Positions 1 to 7,112 of a stretch of DNA of 28,101 nucleotides are shown here, piece after piece. The notes beneath the pieces are model-generated. The model ran no database searches and was not told where the DNA came from. It saw only the letters and a list, made by a program, of their open reading frames with translations. The first letter of the stretch is position 1. Every line of letters begins with the position of its first letter. Location: IMG/VR virus record IMGVR_UViG_3300017985_000095, positions 1-28,101 of that record. One strand, 5' to 3'. The position numbers were made by a program, and so were the translations under genes. Source of the stretch: a virus (taxonomy: Duplodnaviria; Caudoviricetes).

Positions 1-423
1 AGGAAGATTATTTAAATCAAATATCTTTCTATAGTGTCTATTCTCACTTATATTTCCTTTAAAATCTCTACAAGATGTTGCTACTACTACATCCCTATGA
101 CGTAATATGTCCCACCAGTGAGATATATCACTTGTAATAAGCATGTCTGCTTCAATTTTTATAGTTTCTCTAAAAGGTGTTGCGTAAAATGATTGCCAAT
201 CATTATCTAACTTCCAATCCGATCCTGATACATCTCCATATGGAAACGTTTTAATGTAATCAAACGTGTCATCTTCGATTAGTTTATCAGTAAGTAAACA
301 TACTTTAGAATCTGGCATATGTTTCTTTATACTTTTTGCTAATACCCTTGCACAAAGTACATAATCTGTATCGGAGTTATTACTTGCAACAATCAAATAA
401 CCTTTTTCGTCTTCAAATTTCAT
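1..423 (-). CDS. GT-A fold glycosyltransferase (nucleotide-diphospho-sugar transferase-like), 3'-truncated by window edge
   Basis: Not in ORF track (no stop in window). Hand translation from ATG at 423 is open to base 1: MKFEDEKGYLIVASNNSDTDYVLCARVLAKSIKKHMPDSKVCLLTD...FYATPFRETIKIEADMLI...WWDIL. TPF-x-x-T-I-K-I-EAD matches SPY-D-R-T-L-L-L-DAD of the upstream gene; overlaps that gene by 11 nt. Confidence 0.8.
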   Translation of the reverse strand, partial: MKFEDEKGYLIVASNNSDTDYVLCARVLAKSIKKHMPDSKVCLLTDKLIEDDTFDYIKTFPYGDVSGSDWKLDNDWQSFYATPFRETIKIEADMLITSDISHWWDILRHRDVVVATSCRDFKGNISENRHYRKIFDLNNLP

Positions 424-1201
424 ATATTTCTTCTAGATATTTTTTACCCATAATGTGTAAATCTTTATCTTTAACAATTACCCTTAAATTATCTTTGTAA
501 AAGACTTCGAACGAATTTTCATTAATCTTTACAATCTTGTTTTCAGGTACAACTGATGCTAAATCCCAAGGTATAGTGTATTCTTTACTGTTTATGAAAT
601 GTCCACTATTAATATTAAGTGCTATACTTAATGCATAGTCATTTCGGTAAGGATGTTTTGTAAACTGATATAGGTTTGAATAATGTTCGTAGTTGTTTTG
701 AATCATTTTCATACTATCAAATATACTTTTAGCAACTATGTCTTTTTTAAAATAAACTACAGTTGCCCAAAACATAGGCATATTAAACAAACCAAAGTAA
801 TTTGAAACTGTTAATGAATCGTCTACTAAATTAAAAGCATTACGATGACATAAAAAACTATTATTAGTATCAAATAACTTTTTTAAGTCGTTACTACTAA
901 CAATATAATCTGCATCTAGTAATAATGTTCTATCATACGGACTTAATTCGTATGCCTTGTATCTGTTAAAGTTATACCAATTAACACGTGCATCATAATC
1001 AGAAAAAACACGTGTGCCATAGTTAGGTTTATCTATTATGATTACTTTATCAAAACAGTTTTCAAAAGTTACTGGGTTATCAGTTACAACTGTGGTAGGT
1101 AAATCCAACCACTTCTTAATTCTTATAGCACTTGCGTTTGCTAACTTGACATAGTCAGTTTTTTCATTGTTAAATGCAAATAATATGACACCACAATTCA
1201 T
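413..1201 (-). CDS. GT-A fold glycosyltransferase (GT8-like / nucleotide-diphospho-sugar transferase)
   Basis: 262 aa; N-terminal strand-helix GVILFAFNN..DYVKLA, AYELSPYDRTLLLDAD (DxD metal/nucleotide-sugar motif after a hydrophobic strand), RND-Y-ALS-I-A helix and C-terminal DLH. ATGA overlap with upstream gene. Confidence 0.82.
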   Translation of the reverse strand: MNCGVILFAFNNEKTDYVKLANASAIRIKKWLDLPTTVVTDNPVTFENCFDKVIIIDKPNYGTRVFSDYDARVNWYNFNRYKAYELSPYDRTLLLDADYIVSSNDLKKLFDTNNSFLCHRNAFNLVDDSLTVSNYFGLFNMPMFWATVVYFKKDIVAKSIFDSMKMIQNNYEHYSNLYQFTKHPYRNDYALSIALNINSGHFINSKEYTIPWDLASVVPENKIVKINENSFEVFYKDNLRVIVKDKDLHIMGKKYLEEIYEI

Positions 1202-1497
1202 CTTTGTCTTGAGTTTTGATTAAATTCATTTAACCAACCATTCATTTGTTCTTGCCAACGTTGTTTTGCTTCTGTCAAAAGTTCTATTCTGTTAACTTGA
1301 ATTGGATTGTTATATAAATCTTCTAATACAATAGTATCATCCTCAAATGTATTCAGCGTAGTGATAAGTAAGGGGCCTGCATTCCACATACCACCGTTAT
1401 GTGCGAACATCATTTTACTTTCGTATTTTTCTTTTAAGATTTTTTTATTTTGGTTATGGTCAAACCTAACTTTAGCATTTTTTAAAATTTCATTCAT
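1198..1497 (-). CDS. hypothetical protein, first gene of the glycosyltransferase unit
   Basis: 99-aa ORF, same strand, stop overlaps the next start (ATGA at 1201-1198), promoter-like octamer 5 nt upstream. Confidence 0.8.
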   Translation of the reverse strand: MNEILKNAKVRFDHNQNKKILKEKYESKMMFAHNGGMWNAGPLLITTLNTFEDDTIVLEDLYNNPIQVNRIELLTEAKQRWQEQMNGWLNEFNQNSRQR

Positions 1498-1502
1498 GCT
1501 TA

Positions 1503-1510
1503 TAATTATA
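1503..1510 (-). promoter_or_regulatory. late-promoter-like octamer TATAATTA (also contains TATAAT), 5 nt before ATG
   Basis: Minus strand reads TATAATTA-TAAGC-ATG; 7/8 match to the T4 late promoter TATAAATA; lies just downstream of the terminator; no Shine-Dalgarno. Confidence 0.55.
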
Positions 1511-1514
1511 GAAT

Positions 1515-1538
1515 AAAAAAGGGCCGAAGCCCTTTTTT
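1515..1538 (-). terminator. intrinsic terminator with cUUCGg tetraloop
   Basis: Minus strand AAAAAA-GGGC-TTCG-GCCC-TTTTTT, beginning 22 nt after the stop of the 313-aa gene. Symmetric A/T tracts make it potentially bidirectional. cUUCGg loops are typical of T4-like terminators. Confidence 0.9.
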
Positions 1539-1560
1539 GTAAAATTCAATTTAACCTAAA

Positions 1561-2502
1561 TTAAGATTGTGAATTTGTTGATGTTACTGATGGAGCAGCA
1601 CCCCAAGTATCAGTAAGGTATGTAGTTTCAGGTTGTCTTTGAACTACTGTAGATGTTAATGTACCGTCTACTCTATCTTGTGTTAATGCATTACCCACTG
1701 AATCAGTAGTTGTATCTGTAGCAGCATCCTGATAAACAAATTTAATACTAACTGTTCCTGAGCCATTATATTTCGCAGAAATCTCAATGTAGTTTGATGT
1801 GTACGGTGATGTATCCGCAAATTGTTTAAAAATACTGACATATGATGTTGTTAAATCATGAAATCCTGTATTGTCGGCAATTGTTGGTGTTGCGCCCCCA
1901 CCGCCAATTTTATCAGTACCAGAATAAGTCACACCATCAATAACTGCATTTGCACTACCCCCTGATAAAACAACTGTACCAATGTCTCCACATAAATCTG
2001 TCCATTCTGTGTTTTTATTATTTGATGTTCCACCTGAACGTGAACTAGACATTCTTAGTTGTCCGCCGGCGTTGAAATAATAGCGTGCTTCATTATCACT
2101 ACCAAAATCAATTGTAAATTCTTGTGTAGTTGTTGTGTACCATGTACTTGTTCCTGATCTTGTAGATGTAGAATCTGTTCCAGTACTTGCCGCATTTAAT
2201 TTATTATTAAGTAAACTTGTAATATTAGCATCTAAGTTTGCCTTTGCATCAATAGAATCACCTGCTGATGGATTAGTTAATGCTGTAATTGAAGTTCCTT
2301 GATGATTTGCTATACTTGTAACTCTCGAAAACAAGTTTGCCCACTGAGTAGCTGTTATTGTTGAACCTGCACTTACTGTAGATAACGTACTAGTTTGTCC
2401 ATAACCAGCCGCTCCAGATCCAGATCCCCATATACTATTAATTGATGCTACAAAACCATTGTAGTGATCATCTAATATAGTATCGCCTGTTGTATATGCC
2501 AT
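1561..2502 (-). CDS. Ser/Thr/Gly-rich virion structural protein (tail/baseplate associated, function unknown)
   Basis: 313 aa; MAY start like the fibre genes, GYGQ and ITATQWANL motifs, beta-rich C-terminal half; SD AAGGAAG at 2515-2509; last gene before the terminator. Confidence 0.65.
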   Translation of the reverse strand: MAYTTGDTILDDHYNGFVASINSIWGSGSGAAGYGQTSTLSTVSAGSTITATQWANLFSRVTSIANHQGTSITALTNPSAGDSIDAKANLDANITSLLNNKLNAASTGTDSTSTRSGTSTWYTTTTQEFTIDFGSDNEARYYFNAGGQLRMSSSRSGGTSNNKNTEWTDLCGDIGTVVLSGGSANAVIDGVTYSGTDKIGGGGATPTIADNTGFHDLTTSYVSIFKQFADTSPYTSNYIEISAKYNGSGTVSIKFVYQDAATDTTTDSVGNALTQDRVDGTLTSTVVQRQPETTYLTDTWGAAPSVTSTNSQS

Positions 2503-2521
2503 TTTTTTCTTCCTTATAGTT

Positions 2522-2529
2522 TAGTTATT
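2522..2529 (-). promoter_or_regulatory. late-promoter-like variant AATAACTA
   Basis: ATAA-N-TA core in the intergenic gap upstream of the SD; a second TAATAACT copy at 2548-2541. Confidence 0.35.
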
Positions 2530-2562
2530 AAAACACGTCAAGTTATTAACTCGGCGTTAGGT

Positions 2563-3933
2563 CTAAACGACCTTCACTATTGCCTCGACTGTTCCCTCGC
2601 CGTCTGTGTCTTTATTTTCTAAAGATCTACCAATTACATTAAATGCAGTTGCTTCTTCGGCAGTTGCCGCTCTAGCAAAACCATTACCTGCTGAAACTAG
2701 TCGATCACCCTTGTTAACTTGTCCAATTACTTTAACTGGAACTCTTCCGTTCATTGCAATTGCTGGGTGTGTTTCATCTGTACCCGCTCCTGCATTCATT
2801 AAGTGTGCTGGTTTAGTTGATACTACACCAAACACATTATTCGTTAAATCCTCTGTGACAGATGTAATTTCATATAATCCGCCCATTTCAACTACTGTTC
2901 CTGGTTCCATAACCATATCAGCATGGAATCGTTCTGCAACGTCCGCGTATTGTGCTGAGGTTGATTCACCATAAAATGTAGTTGCATATATACCTTGAAA
3001 AACTTTAGTTGTTGATCCTAAATCTTTTGTATTTGTAATATCAGGTAAAATATCACCAGTTATTGAATTACTACCGTCTCTTTGCAACGCTGCTGATCCA
3101 CTACCACTTACAGAATCATCAACATACTGTTTAGTCGCAACCCCCAAAGCCGCTGTAGGGTCGTCCGCAACAAGTACTAAGTGTGTTGCACCGTCAATAC
3201 GCATTGCTTCTGTATCACTACCACCATCGTTAACATTGAAAATAATGTCACCATCTGATGTTACATTTTTTACAGTTACATCACTACCACTTACACTAAC
3301 TGTAAAGTCACTATCTGCACCAACTGCTAATCCACTATCATTTAACACACCTAATGTACCAGATGTTGTGTCTGCGGCATTACTTCTTAAGTAGTTAGCT
3401 GCTGCAACTCCACCTAATGAATCCGAATCTGTTGCAGTACCTGTAAATCCGCCCGAAGCCGTAACTGTACCTGTTATATTAATATCACCTGTACCAGTAA
3501 TATCGTTTCCGTTTATGTCTAAGTCACCTGCAAGTGTTGTATCACCTACATCAGGACCTACTAGAGTAAACGAAGAACCGTTGTAAACATATAATTGATT
3601 TGTGTCTGTATCTAACCATAAATCACCTGTAACATTGCCAGATGCTGGTTCTGTTCCAGTTGCATTTACACCAGAAATTGGTTTCCACTGAGAACCATCA
3701 TATACTTGTAATACATCATTACCTGAATCATACCATAACTGACCTTGTAACGGACTAGCTGGTGCTGCAGTATTACTACTATTTTCTAACAATTTGATAA
3801 AGTTTTCACCCAAGAATTCGCCATATCCTGAATAGTTTCTACCAATAATCGATACTGAACTTGAGTTATCTACTGTTCCATCCGCAATTGTAGCGAAAAC
3901 ACTTCCGTTTGTTTTATTGATTGTATATGCCAT
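2563..3933 (-). CDS. tail fibre/appendage protein 2 with C-terminal intramolecular chaperone (peptidase G2-like autocleavage domain)
   Basis: 456 aa; N-terminal anchor (GRNYSGYGEFLGENFIKLLEN, two G-[QD]-LW-x-D repeats), ATKQYVD fibre motif, C-terminus YADVAE..EPGTVV..VFGVVS..GRVPVKV.G.VNKGDRLV..IGRSLE. Confidence 0.8.
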   Translation of the reverse strand: MAYTINKTNGSVFATIADGTVDNSSSVSIIGRNYSGYGEFLGENFIKLLENSSNTAAPASPLQGQLWYDSGNDVLQVYDGSQWKPISGVNATGTEPASGNVTGDLWLDTDTNQLYVYNGSSFTLVGPDVGDTTLAGDLDINGNDITGTGDINITGTVTASGGFTGTATDSDSLGGVAAANYLRSNAADTTSGTLGVLNDSGLAVGADSDFTVSVSGSDVTVKNVTSDGDIIFNVNDGGSDTEAMRIDGATHLVLVADDPTAALGVATKQYVDDSVSGSGSAALQRDGSNSITGDILPDITNTKDLGSTTKVFQGIYATTFYGESTSAQYADVAERFHADMVMEPGTVVEMGGLYEITSVTEDLTNNVFGVVSTKPAHLMNAGAGTDETHPAIAMNGRVPVKVIGQVNKGDRLVSAGNGFARAATAEEATAFNVIGRSLENKDTDGEGTVEAIVKVV

Positions 3934-3959
3934 AATTCTAAATGTTTATTGTATTTGTA

Positions 3960-3975
3960 TATTTATATATTTATA
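3960..3975 (-). promoter_or_regulatory. tandem T4-type late promoters TATAAATA-TATAAATA
   Basis: Two perfect TATAAATA octamers (3975-3968 and 3967-3960), the nearer one 26 nt upstream of the fibre 2 ATG; a third AATAAATA at 3987-3980 overlaps the upstream stop. Confidence 0.8.
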
Positions 3976-3982
3976 GTTGTAT

Positions 3983-4453
3983 TTATTCAAACGATTGAAC
4001 TGCAGTTATGTGTTCGTCATCTTCATCTGAAGAAACAAAAGTATAAGCAGTTGGATTATTTTTATAAACTTCTGTCTTTTCTTTTAAATCAATAACAGCA
4101 TCGTCGATAAATTTTTTCATTTCAGTAAATGCATCTGTGTTCGGTATATCTGATTTATCTAACATATCTATAATAATAGACAACTGTTTGTGTATTGAAT
4201 ATTCATTCAATATCTTGACATTCGTATTATATTTGAGTGTATTTTCTTGAACTAAGGGTTTCTCGTCTCTACTCTGAACACTACCAGTTTCATAATCACC
4301 ATTGTAATATTCACCTGCTTCTTGATCAAACTCTACTGTCTTTGTGTCAAACTTAGATAAGTCAATATTACTGATGTCAGTATCTCCAGGCATCATGGCA
4401 ACAAGTTTGCCTGTTGGTTTTATAAAAATTAAATGTTTTGTCTCTAACGCCAT
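3983..4453 (-). CDS. hypothetical protein, possible tail-fibre assembly chaperone
   Basis: Start reassigned to ATG 4453 (GGGGAG SD 6 nt upstream, 1 nt after previous stop), giving 156 aa MALETKHLIF...; beta-rich N-half and helical C-half (KILNEYSIHKQLSII..EMKKFID) reminiscent of fibre-associated chaperones; lies between two fibre genes. ORF is secure, function is tentative. Confidence 0.6.
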   Translation of the reverse strand: MALETKHLIFIKPTGKLVAMMPGDTDISNIDLSKFDTKTVEFDQEAGEYYNGDYETGSVQSRDEKPLVQENTLKYNTNVKILNEYSIHKQLSIIIDMLDKSDIPNTDAFTEMKKFIDDAVIDLKEKTEVYKNNPTAYTFVSSDEDDEHITAVQSFE

Positions 4454-4454
4454 T

Positions 4455-4946
4455 TTATTCTCCCCACGCAAAAACTAAACTAAACTTTGGTTTTTCGTGT
4501 TCTTCTATTTTTGTTACTTCATGTTCTAATGTTATTGGCATATCTAAATACGCACCTGGTATTTCATCAACATAATGACCTACATTATTTTCGTCATACC
4601 ATTTGAAGTGGGGTTTATCACTTCTTAAAAATACTAATTTAAACTTCCAATAACTACCAATTGAATCCCTATGTCTTGGTAAATAATCGCCAGGTTCGTA
4701 CTTGTTTAAAGTTACACTATGTGCAAATCGTTTATCATCTGGAACAGTTTTCCATACTGCTTCTTCTAAATCTTTTGGCATATTAAATCCAAACATACTT
4801 TTCATATGACTAACACCATACTTTGTTTTAAATTCGTATGTGTCGTTTTTTGTTCTATTTGAAAATAAGTCAGAATATTTTTCTGCTAAACTAATTATCT
4901 CGTCAACGTTTGTGCAGTAGTTTTCTACTTGTTTAACCTGATACAT
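4455..4946 (-). CDS. 2-oxoglutarate/Fe(II)-dependent oxygenase
   Basis: Likely start ATG 4946 (163 aa, MYQVKQ...). LNKYEPGDYLPR-H-R-D (HxD), distal H in LEHEV and terminal KFSLVF strand give the facial triad and 2OG-binding position of the double-stranded beta-helix fold. Confidence 0.88.
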   Translation of the reverse strand: MYQVKQVENYCTNVDEIISLAEKYSDLFSNRTKNDTYEFKTKYGVSHMKSMFGFNMPKDLEEAVWKTVPDDKRFAHSVTLNKYEPGDYLPRHRDSIGSYWKFKLVFLRSDKPHFKWYDENNVGHYVDEIPGAYLDMPITLEHEVTKIEEHEKPKFSLVFAWGE

Positions 4947-6495
4947 ATTCCCAAGAACCACCTGTTATGTTAACTTGAAATACTAAGTAATTATTTCTAC
5001 CTGGATCGTTTACAGTTGAGGTAACTGTAACACCAGTAAGAAAAGCACCATATCCAATAAAATTTCTAGACGTAGTTGTCACTACAGATGTCACGTTTTG
5101 TGATGTACCAGCAATATGTGCTCTCGTTCCTGGTAGTAGATCAGCTGGAGGTGCTAAAGTGTTTAATAAACTTGATATTCCGGAATTTGTTAGACCTCTA
5201 GTATCTAGACTCATATAAATTGTTTGAGACTTCATTGAATCATCCACATACTTTTTGGTTGCGGCATGTAAGTCACTTGTGGGTGCTCCACTTAATGTTA
5301 ATGCACCAGTCATTGTGTCACCTGCTTTATCAACCTTAAGTGCTAATCCACTTGTACTCGCTGTACTAACTTCTCCAATTCTAGTTTCAATTTCACCCAA
5401 TGTATCATATCCACTGCTAGCACTATTTTTTAAGTTAGTTATTGCATTATCCGTGTATGTATTACTAGAAGATATCGCATTTGCTTCAGCTGTATCAGTA
5501 TATGTGTTTGCGTTACTTTCTGCATCAGATTCTGCAGAGTCAACATACTGTTTTGTAGCAACACCTAGTGCCGCTGTTGGGTCACCACTGACCGTTGTTA
5601 ATCCTGTTGTACCATCAATTGTCATAGCAGTTGTGGCAATTCCACCTACACTGACATCAAAATTAATATCACCGTTTGAGGTTGTATTTTCTATACTTAC
5701 ATTGTCGCCGTTTATTGATATTGTTAGATCACTATCAACACCTATTGTTAATCCACTATCGTTTAAAACTCCAAGTGTACCTGAAGTTGTGTCATTGGCA
5801 GTTGCTCTTAAGAAGTCGGTAGTTTCTAAACCGCCAAACTGACTAGCACTTCCTGTAAATTGTGCATCACTTATTGTACTTGACAATTGGATACCTGGTT
5901 TAATTGTACTAAAACCGGCAATCGTTTCAGCAGGAGTAAATTCGGCGTCTTTACTTGAAATTGCTAAAACTTTTGTAGAACCCGGAGCACCTTCTGTTGC
6001 AGAATAAATTTTTGTAACAATATGATTGGTTGCACCCGTGTCAGCTATTGTTTCTGTTATCGGACCATTTTTACCGTCAACAGATGAATAATCAGGTCCA
6101 ACAACTTGGAATGTACTTCCATTATAAACTTTTAATTGGTTATTAGTTGTGTCATACCATAGGTCACCCTCTAATGGTAAAGTAGGTTCAGTTGTGGCTA
6201 CACTTACAGCACCTAATATTTTCCATTTAGTGCCATCATATACACCAACACTTTTACTAGGAATATTATCAACTGCTTCATTTTTAGTATTAAACCAAAG
6301 TTCACCAGCTATTGGGTTTGTAGGTGAAACTGTGTTGGCACTATTTTCTAATAATTTAATAAAATTTTCTGCAATAACTTCTCCATATGCAGTTACATTT
6401 TTACCTACTAATTTGACACTATATGTATCATCAACGATTCCATCTTCTACAAGTTTTGCTACTCGTCCATTTGTAAAATTAATTTCGAATGCCAT
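4933..6495 (-). CDS. tail fibre/appendage protein 1 (paralog of 2563..3933)
   Basis: 520 aa; same N-terminal anchor (GKNVTAYGEVIAENFIKLLEN, GELWFN, GDLWYD), ATKQYVD and AATKKYVD motifs, KAGDTMTGALTL fibre repeat, YDTLGEI neck-like motif. Confidence 0.8.
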   Translation of the reverse strand: MAFEINFTNGRVAKLVEDGIVDDTYSVKLVGKNVTAYGEVIAENFIKLLENSANTVSPTNPIAGELWFNTKNEAVDNIPSKSVGVYDGTKWKILGAVSVATTEPTLPLEGDLWYDTTNNQLKVYNGSTFQVVGPDYSSVDGKNGPITETIADTGATNHIVTKIYSATEGAPGSTKVLAISSKDAEFTPAETIAGFSTIKPGIQLSSTISDAQFTGSASQFGGLETTDFLRATANDTTSGTLGVLNDSGLTIGVDSDLTISINGDNVSIENTTSNGDINFDVSVGGIATTAMTIDGTTGLTTVSGDPTAALGVATKQYVDSAESDAESNANTYTDTAEANAISSSNTYTDNAITNLKNSASSGYDTLGEIETRIGEVSTASTSGLALKVDKAGDTMTGALTLSGAPTSDLHAATKKYVDDSMKSQTIYMSLDTRGLTNSGISSLLNTLAPPADLLPGTRAHIAGTSQNVTSVVTTTSRNFIGYGAFLTGVTVTSTVNDPGRNNYLVFQVNITGGSWEYVSG

Positions 6496-6504
6496 ACTTT
6501 ATCC

Positions 6505-7110
6505 CTACGTTGTACTTAGATTAGTAAGTGTTTGTATACGAACTGTGTAATCTATTTGAATTTGTCTATTAAGTGCCTTTTGTACTGGATGAAAAACAAC
6601 GTGTGTTATTAAACGTAAATCACTCGCCGAGCCATTCCAAGTCTTTAGTCCTAATTCGTCAAATACAAATTCTCCGTTTAAATCTGTTGAATTATCAAAA
6701 GCTTGTTGTCCAGTTGGTTCTGAATAATCAAGTAAGCAACTAACCAAAATATCAGTATATACTTTTCCTGATGTATGCAAAACAGTTAAATTATTTCTAG
6801 TTGTATCCGTGTTTGTTAATGAATTGTCATCGACAACTTTTTGAAAAGTTTCGTTATATAAATCAGCATTTTGTCCTGTTGTATTTGCAGGTAAGTATGT
6901 AATAATTCCTGTAGGATCTACACTTGTTGCTCCATTTCCAAAAGACATTTGATAAATGTATCCTAATCCTTTGTTTGCCAAACTTTGTGCCAAAGCCTCA
7001 CTCATATTTTCAAAGTGTATTGCATTTTTTCCTTCGAAAAATATTTCATTTGTCTGTGGATCAAATATTTTCAAAAATCCTTGTACTTGGGGTTGTAAGT
7101 TCTCTTTCAT
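6505..7110 (-). CDS. baseplate peripheral / fibre-attachment structural protein
   Basis: 201 aa; MSFGNG, FVFDELGL, LITHVVFHPVQKALNRQIQIDYTVRI pattern resembles the beta-sandwich found at the baseplate-fibre junction of myoviruses; located between the wedge gene and the fibre genes. Confidence 0.6.
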   Translation of the reverse strand: MKENLQPQVQGFLKIFDPQTNEIFFEGKNAIHFENMSEALAQSLANKGLGYIYQMSFGNGATSVDPTGIITYLPANTTGQNADLYNETFQKVVDDNSLTNTDTTRNNLTVLHTSGKVYTDILVSCLLDYSEPTGQQAFDNSTDLNGEFVFDELGLKTWNGSASDLRLITHVVFHPVQKALNRQIQIDYTVRIQTLTNLSTT

Positions 7111-7112
7111 AA

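Noticed and set aside
2563-6495. Diversity-generating retroelement or invertible fibre cassette
   Set aside because: No reverse transcriptase or invertase, no near-identical template/variable repeat pair with adenine-specific mismatches, and no inverted recombination sites seen; fibre similarity is diverged paralogy.
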